Shown one piece after another: positions 1-13,600 of a stretch of DNA of 64,000 bases (within the stretch, counting starts at the first letter, position 1; every line of letters starts with the position of its first letter). A program made the position numbers and the translations under genes. The notes beneath the pieces are model-generated. The model ran no database searches and was not told the origin of the DNA. It worked only from the letters and a program-made list of their open reading frames with translations. This DNA is from Klebsormidium nitens (taxonomy: Eukaryota > Plantae > Klebsormidiophyceae), in the NCBI GenBank assembly GCA_000708835.1, contig DF237037.1, positions 124,001 to 188,000 on the forward strand, in the 5' to 3' direction.

Positions 1-681
1 AAAGGCAGACATAGTAACAAAAGCAGAGCTTTGATCGTGATCAAAACACATCGATGACTCACCGGAGCACTCAACCAGATGCAGACTCCGCAGCCCCCTC
101 ACTCCTGCCAGACAACCAAGGCCCTCCCCAGAAATACCATCATCGTACCGGACCTCCAGATGCTTGACTCTCGAACAAGCCCCCATCAAGCCCTCCAGAA
201 TGTGGTCATCAATACTCAGAGGATACAGAGCAGGAGGATACAGCTGCTCTGTCCGAATCGTCGCAGACAGGGCCCCGAACGATAGCACCCGTTCTGCGGG
301 CCCCAGATAGTGCGTGACCGCCATTGCTGGCTCGTAGCTTACGAGCGTCTCCCGAGTCACCTGGTGCGGAAGCACGTACCGGCCAAACCCTGCTGCAAAC
401 TTCTCGACATCCTCAGGATCGCTGTTGGGCCCGACAAGGCGCAAGCTTTGCATGCAAGGGAACTGTGACAGATATGACGTCAGCTTGTTAGAGAAGGTAC
501 CCAAGCAAATCGGTCCTGAAGCTTGCGCCCAAGAGGTGACGGAAACCTTCTCCCGCGATAGCTTTTCAAATTCTGCGAACGCCCGGCACGACTGAGCAAA
601 CGCGCTCCGGTCGGCGCCGCGCTTTAGCGCACTTGCAACCTGGACCCAGACCTCTTCTGGCAGCAGGCCTAGATAATCCAT
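1..681 (-). CDS. F-box/LRR-like protein, first coding exon (63-681); gene continues beyond the left edge of the window
   Basis: My minus-strand translation from the ATG at 681 reads MDYLGLLPEEVWVQVASALKRGADRSAFAQSCRAF (F-box-like LPEE..V...L...DR..FA.SCR.F). It ends in LRR-like LEGLMGACSRVKHLEVRYDDGISGEGLGCLAGVRGLRSLHLVECS, then a G|GTGAGT donor at 62. It is missing from the ORF track because the frame has no stop before the window edge. Confidence 0.75.
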   Translation of the reverse strand, partial: MDYLGLLPEEVWVQVASALKRGADRSAFAQSCRAFAEFEKLSREKVSVTSWAQASGPICLGTFSNKLTSYLSQFPCMQSLRLVGPNSDPEDVEKFAAGFGRYVLPHQVTRETLVSYEPAMAVTHYLGPAERVLSFGALSATIRTEQLYPPALYPLSIDDHILEGLMGACSRVKHLEVRYDDGISGEGLGCLAGVRGLRSLHLVECSGESSMCFDHDQSSAFVTMSAF

Positions 682-1642
682 TCTGCTTTGCCAAACGTTG
701 CGCCTCTTTTGCTCAGGCAACTCTGCACAAGTGACAAGGACAATGCGCTGAATCAGGGCTGAATCGAAAGTGCCTTGGCCCATTGGGTGCGCGAACGCGC
801 GCGAGCAAGTCTGTACTTCGGCTCTTTCTAAACCTGGAAGAAACCTCCGGCCGGGCATGCGGCCGCCGGCACGCCGGCCGCGATGGCGCCTTCCATGAGC
901 GCGCGTTGGCAACAGTACGTTGTCCGGGTCCTTCAATCGTATTCCGCTTACCGACGTGGGCTGGCGGACTCGCCCGGTTCTTACATATTTTGGGGACATC
1001 AAACGGCTCGGCCGGGGTCTAAGAAGTAGGCGGCCAAGAGACGCACTTAAAGCTCGGAGCTGTGGTAACGATTTTCATGCTCAGCGGGCCAATCCGGCCC
1101 GTATGTAGCATCGCGATCATCCATTGAGCATTCAAAGCATATCGACATCATGAGCAGCAAAACTTAGATGATGAATCTCTGGTTCACAGCTTCAGTGACG
1201 AGGTGTTAGGCCTTCATACTTGTAAAGGTCAATTTTAAACGTGTGGCAGAACAATAGGCATAGCTGTTTAGATTTATCTAAGGACATGTTTGATCGCAGT
1301 CGAAATTGTGACCAAGCGTTTGCTTCCAATACTTGGAACCAAATGGCGGTTGATATGACGAGGAAGAAGGTGTGTGTCGGTCCAGCGGGACCCTCTCTAA
1401 TATAGTAAAGAAGGTAAGTCTGATTGCATCCCCTTGTGCGAGGACGGGCTCCGATGAACAAAAACGTACTCGTGCATGTCGGATCTAGCTGGCGGGCACC
1501 GTTTGCCTACGCTACAAGCACAACCCGCAGCCTCGCAGCCTACAAATACATTCTGAAGAAAGTATAACCTAGGAGTGGTCTCTCACTAACTTTAGTGCCA
1601 CGCGCTTCGATCAAACATCAACTCGTACCTTCTTGATAATAA

Positions 1643-1687
1643 AAAGCCTGCCTGGCTGCAAACACAAAGCCTGCCTGGCTGCAAACA
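1643..1687. repeat. Two-copy 23-bp tandem repeat (AAAGCCTGCCTGGCTGCAAACAC)
   Basis: Direct reading of the sequence. Confidence 0.85.
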
Positions 1688-2957
1688 AAAAAGTCTGCTC
1701 GACCGGCATGTTTATTCCTCGTCTCCACCTCGTTTCCATCTGCCAACCCGAGGACTGGCTTTTTTGTTCTGTTCATAGTACCCAAGATTCTTCCGCGCAA
1801 CTCTGATTAAACTGGGACGTTCAAAGACCAGCTGCCCGGGTTATCAGTTCACGTGGTTGCTTTCACATGTTCGGGTTTAAGGCGACCAAAGACACCGATA
1901 CTGCCGCTCTGCAGACGTCCGCAAAGCTGATCGATTTCCCCTCCGTACACTTCACCGGCAACTGTATCAGGAAAAGGCCACCCTGCATTGAGGTAAAATA
2001 TTAGCCTTCTGACTTTCTAAGACCTCTGCGTGCAGTTTCAAGAAACCTATTGCTTGAAGCTTCTGAACGCGATGGAGCCAGAACAAGAGGACGAGCTAAC
2101 ATATTCCTTACGCAGATAGGTGGCGTCCAGAGCACAAATCGCGCCTCAAAAAGTGCGCAACTCTTTAAAAACGACAATATGCAACCTGATGAGATCGAAG
2201 TGCTCTCAAAAGGGACTGGTACAGCAAAACAAAACGTCACGTGTTGAGCAAGTGCTGAAAGCGAAGAGGGCGTCTCCGTCTGACGACAAGCTTCGTTCAG
2301 CAAAGCGGACTAGGTCGCGGGTTGCCCCAGTAATGTGTCAAGCCAATTCTTGGTCCTCTGCAACACTGGCGAACCACAAACTGCTAAATTGCCTTCTGCG
2401 CATTGAGGACATTGTCGGCACTGACCGGAAAGTACCCGAGAAAATGGATGATATCAGTCGCTCACCAAGTCCGCTTCTACGGGACTCAGCCCACACCCTT
2501 GCGCTGAACTGGAGCGCTTATGGTACGAGCCGCTTGCTTATGGGCCCGCCCTCCTAGCAGGCGGGGTGCATATCCAAGCCCTTGTTGCAGCCCACGTGTC
2601 GCCCGACCTGTACACAAAATCCACGTATAGCTGACGTAAGACCAAACAAGCTAAATCAGATATGACGCCTTCATAAAAATCTGTGACCTTTCAGGAACGG
2701 GACGCACGTTACTCGGTCGAGCTCAATTCCTCGGGCAGAAAGAGTGCCTAGGGCTCGTCTCGAATCCGATATCCGATGAGGTTGGGCCTACTGTGATCCC
2801 GGAGACACACGAAAGGCTTTGTAGAGAAAGGGGAACTCTAATTGAATATTTCAAAACCTATTGCGAAGGTGGCCGATGAGTAGTGGCTTGAGCAAGTGCG
2901 TTTGCGGAACGACAGCGTTCAAGATCGGGCGTGTTTAACGATTTAAAGCACACCAGC

Positions 2958-5541
2958 TCACCATTGAAGCTCCCACCTTGGCAACAAACCCGACTCGACC
3001 TTAACCCGCAACTTTTCCAACTCCCGGGTTAGCGCGTCGATCTTGGCGTCCTTTTCGGACAACAACTCCTTCAGCGCCTCGTACGGGCACGTCCGCAAGT
3101 GGTCGTCCGCATCGCCTCGTCGGAACTCGGACGTGCAGCCCACGTGGCGATGTGAACAGGCGACGATCGCGGCCGGGCACACCTGTGGTGGGGATCCGCG
3201 AAAGTTTAGTGGATGGTTTAGTAGAGGGTTACGTTGAGACTCGGGCTAATGGAGAGGGGTTATAGGGAGATAACAGCAAGGCTATCCAAAGAGGATCAAG
3301 TGACCACGGCGTCCGACTGCGAATATGACGCAGTCTTGTCCTAAAAGCGAGCTTGATGTAGATAAGCGAATGCACTCACAGAAGATACGGAGTCGCATGT
3401 ATAAGCACCTGGCGGAGGAACGGTTCGCATAGGTCAGCCAAACCCAGGCAACAATACAATCAACCATAACCACATTCCTAGTCCCTTCAGAAAACTCGGC
3501 GGCAAATCATGGCCCGTCCGCATCGAAGTTTCAAAGAGACAGAAGACATCCTAAGCGTCAGAATGAAACAGCGCTGATCCGCCTTGAGGGACCGGCAAAA
3601 AAACGGGTCACAACTTTCACCAGATCAAAGCAGGACAGTCACAAACATTAGCTCCCTTTGTTGACTTACCTGCGCGTGCGCCTCTGCCGTAGTAACCCGC
3701 ACACGCTGCCCACACACGCAGCGAACCGTTCGATACTCGCAGGCGTCGTGGTGGGCCGCCACGTGTCGCCTCTCGATGACGTCAGCACAGCCCTCGGCGT
3801 GGAACTGGCACTTCAAGAGCCGGAAGGGGCAGGTCTTGAAGTGGTCGGGGGCGTCCGTGATGTTCAGGATCTCGGGACACGTGGACGGCCCTTCCTGAGA
3901 GAGATAAGCTATGGGGTCAGTCCGCTTATACGTGCAGTTCAGAATGATCGGGATATGCAAATTCGGTCGTCTCAGGGGTCAGTCTGATCCCCTTGAAAGG
4001 CGCATAACCTTCAGTTCCGTTTGATTTTGGTGCGCAACGCCGGTTCTTTCGAAACTCATTTGGTGAAGATAAGATTCTGTTCGCGGAGGGGAAAACTGAC
4101 TTTCATCTCCAGATTCACCAATTTTGCGCAAGCAAGTCCGTGTTTTGGTTGAGCGAATGCGAATCCGCTTCGCATCGACACGACGAGACAAGGTCTTCTT
4201 TCTTGAAGCGTACCTTATTGCCCCACAGTCTGAAGGAACAAACTCCGCCTCCGTTACTCCGCTCGAAGACCTAAACGGAGCCAGTTCTGCACGCACCTCT
4301 CTCAGCCACGTCTTCTCCGTCTCCGAGTAGGCCACCCCGTTCTGACAGTAGATCTTGACTTCGGACAGCAGGTTGTCGAGCGTCCGCGCCCTGACGGTCG
4401 GGTTGGACCGCTCGAGGACCGTCCGGCAGATGGGGCACGCTCGAGAGCCCTGGTTGAGGCTCTCTGTTATGCACCCTGCACAAGGTAAACGCCATACATC
4501 AGGCTCGGTTCACCTTTGGAGCGGAGAACGGAAGCAGGGAAAAGTGAAGGTTTCGTTCCTTAGAATGCTTTGGCGCTAACTGGTTCCCTCAATCTGGCAT
4601 CGACCGAAGAGATTGACGTGCTAGGGCGAAGCAAAGCAGCTTCCTCCAAGCAACTGCTAGGACTCTCAAGTCTGATCTATTCGTCAGCAGCAGACCGATC
4701 CTCCCAAAACAAGCCGCAGCTTTTTGTAAGTTGAATGCGCCTGGACACATGACGGAAGACTCGTCACGTGGAAACTTACCATGGCAGAAGACGTGTCCGC
4801 AGGGGACGGTGAAACACGGGTCACGCAGCACATCCTTGCAGATGGGACACCTGCAGACCACATTCCATATTTATTTTGAGAGGATTATAAAGAAAAGGTC
4901 GTAACGATTTGATTCGGGGCGAGCAATCTGATGCTTTTGCTGCTAAAGACGCGTTAAAGGCAACAACCAGCTCGAAGGGAGCTTTTGAAGTGTCGGATCC
5001 TCTTGTTGGTCTGGAACGATATTGCTCAGCTGAAGTTCGTTGCGCTTGCAGCGGATTTCTTGGCATCCATCTTGTCTACAAAAGTGCACCGTTCTGTACA
5101 CATGGAGCAATGCTTTAAACAGCGGCACAAGATGTTACAAATGCGCGAACGGTCTTCCTGCCAATAGGACCGCGAAGGCCCCACCACATGATGTTGCAGA
5201 ATGCACCGAGTCTTATGCCTGCCCTCCCTGAAAACAGAGATTATGGAAAGCCTTGGGACCATCTTATGAATCGTCAAATCTCTATCCACATCTTGAAAGC
5301 CTCGAGACCACAAACCCTACCTGAGCTCTCGGGATATCAGTGGCGAAAGCAGCAACTCCCCCAGTTCCGGTTCGGAGAAGATCAGCCCCGCCGCCGGCGC
5401 CACCTCAGCAAAAGTTGGCGCCGCCTCCCCAGCCCCCTTGTACCGGAATACTGGAATCGCCTCTAGAGCCTCCATATGCTGCTGCTCTTCAGCGGCTTCT
5501 TCGTCAAAGAGCAAGTGCACCGACTCAATGACGTTCTCCAT
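2958..5541 (-). CDS. RING (C3HC4) finger protein with TRAF-type zinc fingers and a C-terminal coiled coil (probable E3 ubiquitin ligase)
   Basis: Phase-consistent exons: 5541-5321, 4850-4780, 4475-4297, 3894-3670, 3182-~2958. The spliced product contains ELRCPICKDVLRDPCFTVPCGHVFCHGCITESLNQGSRACPICRTVL (RING), then HFKTCPFRLLKCQFHAEGC...HHDACEYRTVRCVC and CPAAIVACSHRHVGC...HLRTCPYE (TRAF-type Zn fingers), then LKELLSEKDAKIDALTRELEKL. The TG|GTGAGC at ~2960 may be a donor to a further exon near 2607-2540. Confidence 0.85.
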
Positions 5542-7685
5542 GCTTGGACAATAACCTACCTGCAGGATACAGAGTCCAGACACCTGTCAGAATCATCCCC
5601 TTACTTTCTTTTGTCAAGGTGACTGTCTTTTGATGGGTTATGTTGGCCGGCTCACATTTTGCAGGCCCACCGCCTTGACAGCGCCCTCATCGAGTGCCTT
5701 AAGGGGACAGTGATGACTCTTTACTGTAAATTCTTAGCGTGAGTCATAGGGCTTCAAGCGAGGCCCTGTTCCATTGCAAACCATGCGAAGCAAGGCTCAA
5801 TGGCCAGATGATAGTGTAACATATTGCCATAACAGGTAAATCTGGAAAGCAGCATGGGAATTTCATCCACAACAACAACTTCCAAGAAGGTTCTGGCCTG
5901 TCTCACACGTGCTGATGTGACTGCTGCATTTCAGATGAGCCAGACAGCTCCAACAGATGAGCACCATTCGAAGTTGAATGAATAGCTGCAGGGAATGCAA
6001 AGCATATGCGAGAGCTCTGCAAACAATACAATCCTAAACATTCCCCAGATCTTGGTGACACTCCAAAGTGAGAGGAGGTTGCCGCAATGGGCGGTCCTGC
6101 AGCATCAAAAGCGGTCTCAGACAGGACCATGCAAGCGCTGCTTTCAGTGTAGGGTGGTCAATATAGCCTTCAACGTTTCCAAGGTTGGCACGACTGACGT
6201 GAGAAAGTACGCGTTTGCAGCTTCTTTCAAGCTCAGGTGATACATCTGGCGAAGGCTAGCTGTGGGAATCAGATGTTACTCACCCAGATCTGAACCAAAG
6301 AATGACGTGAGCAATGCCGTCAGCAGCCCCGTGTACAGCCGACAAGGAGAGTGCAAGCTAGCGCCAATCGTCTTGCTTGATGCCCACGGTTGCCAGGTAC
6401 TAAACAGAAGCGGGATGTGGTTATAATTATGCTTTCAGCTCGCCTGACCTTCTTGTGTCTCTTTCCATCAAAGAATGCTTCCAGCTTCTGTCTGGCGTCC
6501 CTCTTTGCCGTTGAATGTTGAGTTGTTCACCAAAAAGTTTCGATTGAACGGCGCGTGACCAAAATGTGGGTAGACGAGCTGGAGACTGGAGCTTATGCAG
6601 CTGAACTCAGAACTGTGATTCAAAGGGATTGCGCTGGTACGACATCCCGCCAGCGGTTCCCGTGTACATGTTTTCGACGTGTTGGCTTGTCGGTCTAGCA
6701 GAGACCTGAAACGGGCCGGATTGCAAACCTTTCTTTCGACAACGAAAGTTTACGGGAGCAACCGTGGTTGCATATGTCGTCACGGTTGCGGCACCTTTCC
6801 GTTCATCAAAGCCGCGTCGACAGCGGCTGCCGGTGCAAGCAGAAACGGAAACGGAACCTGCCATGGAAGAAAGAGGGAGGATGACCTCAGATAAACAGCA
6901 GGCTGCAGCTCACTTCAGCTTCATTGCCATTGCATTGGTTCTACCGTAAGGTTTTTCTTTCTCTTGACAAAACAGCCAAGGGATCCTGCATGGCATTTGT
7001 TCCCATGTGCCCTGGGTTTTTCAAGCTAGGCCAGCTGTTACGTATCACTCATCCAGTCTTCATTGATTCGCCAGGTGTGAAGTTGTTGGATGTCACAGTA
7101 TAAGTTCACTTTTAGCACAAGGTTGGCGAGTAGAAGAAACAAGCCTAAGGCGAGGAAGATTGATTGGAGCATTGCATTGCAAATAAGAGGACAATCCAAG
7201 CTGGGAAGAAGTGGACGCAAACCGCGAGATCGTCAGAAGGAGCTCAATGTGCTGGATTCGGGGGGTTTTTCATAAGATGTAGGCTGTCTGCAACTAAAGT
7301 AAACAATGTCCTTAGAAGTTGGATCTAGATCTGAGCAGTTCTTACAAATACAACATATGTGAATCACAAAGGTTAAAATTTGATATTTTTTGACCTTGGT
7401 TGGGGGTGATCTCAGGAGAAAGAAGCAAAGTACCCAAAGAGGAAGAACCAAAGTACTTAACAACATAAAAGCTGAACGAGTCTAAGCACTCATCTGTAGC
7501 CTCTACACAAAGCTTTTGGCGGAAGTCCAACAGCAGTAGAAAGATGAGAGCAACAAGCAGTTGTGCTAACTTCTCCATCCCTCCGTAACACCTCACTGCA
7601 ATGCAGAACCTGCTTCAAGAGGAGCTCCAGGCGGGCTGCTCAATCGAATGAGTGACTGGGTGGAGGGTTCAACAATCGGAGGAAG

Positions 7686-10600
7686 ATGTCGTTCGTGCAC
7701 TTCCGCCGCAAACGGAGGTACGAGACTGCATTCATCAGGGCACATGTACCTCCATTCTTTCCAATTGCAGCAAACGAGAACCTAACGTGATGAAGGCAGA
7801 CCGATTGACCAGAAGTTCCATATCCAGCCTCCAAGCGCCACTGATAGTGTGAACCTTCTCTGAAGAGAGAGGCCAATTACCCTAACAACCTTAGCAGGGA
7901 ATTTCCGGACTGACTTAGCAACTCCAGTGCCGCTTACTGGTTTGCCAAGCCTTTAGTCCTGTAAGCCTCAATTTGACTTAAAACCCCTCTACAAGCGATC
8001 GGGGGCTGATTGAGACCCAATTTTACCAGGTTGCTCTCTTAACTGGCTTATTAGCCAAGTCAACCAAGCAAAGTGCACCTTCATATCATAGTGATGCAAC
8101 TCGGCCTACCCCTCTCAAATCCCTCAGCAATGGCAAGCCAAAGGCAACTCAAATTGCAAGAGTCCTCTTATTGGTACTCGTTGACCCTTGAATAAGACTT
8201 CTAGAACCTCTGGAATCTTGCCAGGTCGACTGCGGGCCCTGCCGACGACATTGAGATCGAGTTACCGAGCACTCCAAGCACCCCTCAAGGTGGCGGCACC
8301 CCCACTGGGGCAGCACCCCAGCTGAGCCGATCGACCACCGTCCGACTCTCAGCGTCCGGGCATGTTCGCAGCCCCTTCGCCCCAAAACAAACATTTTTCA
8401 GGTGAGGGGTGGAGAGTCGCATTTTCCAAAGATTCGAGTTTGTGAGAGCAGTAGTTCGTGCAAACGTTGCGGACTTCACTTAGAAGGAGCAGATCTCTTA
8501 CAGATCGGGTCATTTTGTGGATGTCTCAACTTGGTCATACACTATGCAGCTTGAACCACTTGTGAACTGGATGAAGTGACAGTATGGAAGAGGACACCAA
8601 TCTCTGCAAGCACGCAAAAGAATCCACAATATACACTGGCTAAGCCAAAGATGTTGGGCAGGTTATATATGGCACCCGCCAAACTTCTCTACACTCTGTG
8701 GTAGAGGTTGTAAATCACATTCAATGACGTTGTGAACTAAGTATTCAGAAATAAAGCCCCGGAAAGCAGACCAATGCGACATACCCTCAATGCCAAGACG
8801 ATCCTGAGACTGGTGTCAAGGTACTATGCTGGATTCTGAGGCTCACATCTCGGGGTCAATTCACCAACCCAGTCATCCTTCTCCAGGCAACCATCGGTTA
8901 CCCAGCGCGACGATGATGAGGGCTCAGATCTCCCAGAAGACGCGACAGACGTTGGTATTCACGAAGACGGTGCCACCGAGTATGGCGTCTCGTATGGATC
9001 GTCGGCCGCGGCCAGGGCGCCCCGCTCCGCTTTCATCGAGCGCCTCTGGAGCATGCAGTGGTCGGGGCGAGGGAAGCAAGTGGATGCCGCAGAGGACGTC
9101 CTGGCCAACTATCACGACAGCGTGTTGTACGCTCCAGTGACGTTTTCGACCAAGACGCGGGCGCTGATGCGCGGGGGGTGGTTCAACTTTCAGCGGAACT
9201 TGGTAAGTACTCCTGGTTATGAGTCGTTCCTCAAGAATGAGCTAAAGTACTCTTGCCTGAAGATGATTACGAACCTAGGATTGGCGGCTTTCGAAGCTGT
9301 ACATGTCGTTTTATGGCGTTGTGCGGAATCAGGTCCTACATTTTGGCTCCTTGTCTTAGAGACCAACAGATTATTGCACGTCGTCTCAAAGCATGTAATC
9401 TTTGAGAGCGAGCTCACAGTCTGAGTCTGCGAGCGCAGAGGTTGTAAAAAGGTTAATTACAATCATTAACAATCCGCTCTTTCCACCTGGACGTCGTGCT
9501 GGCCTTTGTAGACTGCTGATGAATCTCACACGTGTTGCTGTGCAGGTGGAGTTCGTGATATCTGTGCTGGCACTAATCCTGTACATTCGATGGACGTGAG
9601 CACTTCTCTCAATCAGTATCTGCCTTGTTTGAAAACAGATGTGCCTGGTTCACTGCATCTGTATCTAAAGATCCGGTGTTCCGTTGAAAGATGGTTTGCG
9701 TGTTTGACAGCCAAGTGAAAAACGGTTTCCTGCTTGCTTTATAGCTCGACCCCCAAAGTCTTTGTGAGATCCCAGTGCTTAGGTACAGCTTCGTGAAAGC
9801 GGTCCGGACGTGACCCGCGGCAGAATAATCGAACACTGTCTTGTCGCCGCTGGCCCGTGATTGCAAACCGGAAGCCAGACAGCTTCTCGACCTCTCTTCG
9901 ACGAACTTTTGAACAGTTCTATGCTTTATGCAAAGCTTGAGACGACGAGATTGTCAGTTTCGCGGTAGTCAATGAGCTAGTTTTCAATGAGCCGGCACCG
10001 AAGAATGGCCACAGTCGCTGCGGCGACAGCAGCAATATTGACATCTGACGCCGCCACGTATCCCCTCATGCCACGTGATTTGCAGGTACTCCCAGCACCT
10101 GGACCCCTGGTATATTGCACTAAACGCCGTCGTCTCCTTTTACTTCGTGGTGCATTACGCCATGGAGTTTTACAGGTGCGTCATCATGTGTCCTCCCTTT
10201 CAAACTCGTTTCTCAAGCACAACAATGGTTTGCAGAAACTTCGTATGGAACCCTTTCACCGTTCTGCTTGAAGGAGCGTGACCGGATCCCCAGACCTTGC
10301 CTTCACCATCCGAAGGTGAATTTCTCCAACGAATTGTTGTATCTGTGCTGTTGAAACTGAGCAGCACGCAGTGTATATGAACAAACCTTCTCACCAGCAG
10401 AATGTGTTTGGGATTTTGGAACGCTTTCAAAATCCATGTCTTCTTCAGCTTCTGTATCCTTTGGACTTAAACATTTCGAATTTTCGTCCGAGATCCGCGG
10501 ACGACCATGCTCGGCAATCTGGATGCTTAGAACGTCGTGCCAAGGTCAAGGCCAAGGTTTGTACTCGGTGTGAGGTTTTGGAAAGGCTTCTGAGTACTGG

Positions 10601-13600
10601 CGAAGCCGGCCCGCCCGTGCTCCATCTTTGGAGAGAAGTCTTATGGCAATCCCGTTCATCTCTTGGTCTGGTTTGTAAGCTGGCGGACGCAAAAGGTCAT
10701 GACTTCAGGGCAATCGCGAACCCGCTGACAAGCTCAACTCGGGCGAAAGCAACAGTGGAAGAGACCAACCTTTGCTGCTTGTGACTCCTCTTGCAGCGCG
10801 CCGGTCCGGTCTTTCTACGTCCTTTCCCCCACTGGCATCGTTGACATTCTAAGCATCCTGCCCATATTCTGGGTGTTCAGGTGGGGCGCTCTGCTTTTTG
10901 GTTTCTTGATTTCGGACTTGTTACTTTCGATGACGATATGGCGGCCGCTTGGCAGGATCGGGGACGCGCTGAGGGTGGCGTCGGGGAGCAAGAAGAGGTT
11001 TCAGAGTTCTGAAGGACCCAATGTCGGAAGGATGAGTGCACTTTGGAGGTGACAATGACTTTCTTGGAGAGTTTACCCCCCAGAGGGTCTTTCGGAATGA
11101 TTTGACTGAATGCACCGGATAGTCAGAAAAGCAGGAAACAACTGTTCTCCGAAAACTCAGAAACGCGAGCCGTTGCTGACGTCAAACGACATCGCTTTTG
11201 GGAAGTCTTGGTCGCCCGTTTTTCTCCGGTGCCGATAGAAACCCTCTACTCTCACATCGCTGACTCTTGGAGCTGCGATGGTTGTCCGGTCGGGTAGCCA
11301 ATTCAACGACAATGTTAGGGACAAAAGACGCTGCCAGCGGGAATGCCTAATATGAATTCGACTGTGTTGTTGCACCCTTTGCTACTTGTTCACAAGGAGT
11401 CCGTGTTCTTTGCAGCCATTCCTCAGCAAATGGGCTCCAGATACTGCGATTCACTCGCATTCTTCGGTAAGTTCCTCTGGGCGACCCCGCCTTTCGATAC
11501 CTTCCTGCCTGGTCCGGAAAGTGAACTTTTAGAAGTACTTATCTTGAATCAGGGTACGTACGCAAGCCCAATGTGTCGCCCGGGACAGAAACTGAGGACG
11601 ACATCCAGCCGGGGTTTGGTGACTACTGACAAGGCCCGCACACGTTTTGAGTTTTGAGTGCGCCGAACTCATACTCGCTTGATGGGAAATGAAATTCCAG
11701 GACAGGTCGGACGATCTGTGTAAGTAGCGTAATTGCTACCTTGACCTGTTAAACATGGTTTACTTCAACTCGGTAGCCGTAACGGGTGCTCAGGTTATGG
11801 CTACAATGTTTGTCAAGGCACTAAAACGGATATATTGGCAGATCCAGTGCCTTTATACGCTTAGGGTCCTTTCACACAGAGACGGTGTTTTTGGTTTTGA
11901 GCGACGGTATAGCAGGGGTCGCGGTGCCGCCGTCGCCAAGAAAACACCGCGGGTGTTTTTTCCCATTCGCCGACTCGTTCGGTCTTACGTCAGCAAAAAC
12001 ACCGCGGTGTTCCAAATCGTCACCACGCTCCAGAGCGTGGTGAAGAAGTAAACTTTTGCGATGACAATTTCACCGTCGCACGGGACCGCTTCTGCGTGCG
12101 GAAGATACCCCCCGGAGTGACAAAGTAAACTTGGACAAAACAACACCTTCGGTTCTTGGCGAATTGCCCAAAAGTTCACCCGCTCTATGTGTATGGACCC
12201 TTACAGTCTGATGGGCCTTCTCGTGACGCCCGGAGTGTGCAGATATTCAGCGTGTGTCGCCCGTCCCTTTTGCAGGATCCAAAAGGTCCTGAAGCGGCTC
12301 GGCATTCTTGGGACGTCGGTGGTTCACGCGATTTTCATCCTCTTCATCAATGTGTTTGGCATAAGTGAGTGCTCGCCAAACCGCTTCAGTCGCCGCTTCT
12401 TACTTTTCGGTGTGTCGGTCCGGTGGAGGCTTCTTTACGTTTACTCTTATCCCGGGTGTTTGCAGCGCAAAATTAAGCGCACGAAAGAGAAAGGGTACCC
12501 GTGTCGTCAAGGGTTTGGGTTTTCGAAGACCGAAGCGTTGAAACAAAAAGGCGCCTCCCGCAACATAGACAGAAGAAGAACTTCTCCAGACCGAAATGAT
12601 AGCCGTCTCAGTATCTTGCTGGCGCTGTACTCTTGTCGAGATGCGGTGAGGGCCGGGCCGCCTCCCACATTTTACATCTAACGCATCTCTTAATCCTGAG
12701 TCCTGAACGGGGGAGCCTAACAAACCAAAATTTTCTTCCCTCGCACCAGCAGTCTTCGCCTTTGCGAAGCTGTTTTTCAGTACGTCGAGATGTGGTGGCG
12801 GCCGGGGCCGTCCTACACTTCCCACCTGACCCATTTGTAAACCCTGAGTCCTGAAACGGGGGGGGCCTAACAAACCGGAATTTTACTCCCTCCGCGCAGT
12901 CTTCATCTTTGCGGCGCTTTTTCAGTACATCGAGACGCGGTGGCCGCCGGAGGGGTCCGACTGCCCTGAGCACGGCTGTCTGACGTTCTTCGATGCGTTC
13001 TACTACATCATAGTTACGGTGAGAATAGCCATCTTCTTGATATCGACACATAAACGAAGAGATTCCATGCTGTCGACTCTCTAGATATGCTGACTGGGAA
13101 GACTGTGCCCTTTTCAAGAGTTCCGCTGAGTAGTCAGTCTCGCAGATCTTCGAGCAACTCAAGCACGGCATCAAATCAAATTGCGCCCTCACAAAGCGCT
13201 CTTACACGACGGACCCGAAGAGCACGTGCCACTTCTGTACCTTTTTCGACGAGCATCCTCACCGGACGAGCATCCAACGATTCCACAACAACCCATTGCA
13301 GACCGCTTCAGGTAGTGTCTTTCTCCGCTGACGTCATCCTCACGAAGCGCAGATCTCGACGGTGGGCTACGGTGACATCACGGCTGACACGAGCTGGGGG
13401 CGGGTGATCACGATCATCTGCATATTCACGGCTCTCATTGTGATCCCCGCGCAACTGTCGGGGATCATTGGGCTGTACACCAGCAGGTGGGTTCTCGTGC
13501 TATCGCATTTTTGGATCGGGATTTCCCAATCGTTGGTTGAAAAAGATCTCGTGCTTGCAACACCTTAGTACCGTAGTTCGGCGCAAGCATAGAAAGGCTG

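Noticed and set aside
1190-2557. Possible small plus-strand gene (candidate exons ~1914-1991 and ~2115-2235; 145-aa ORF 2120-2557)
   Set aside because: Splice-like sites exist, but there is no recognisable protein and no convincing start; cannot be supported without RNA data.
11906-12050. Candidate BK exon KNTAVFQIVTTLQSVV with a short internal duplication
   Set aside because: S4 (11416-11466) joins exon 12276 in frame and gives a complete S4-S5, so this segment is not needed, and its donor is weak.
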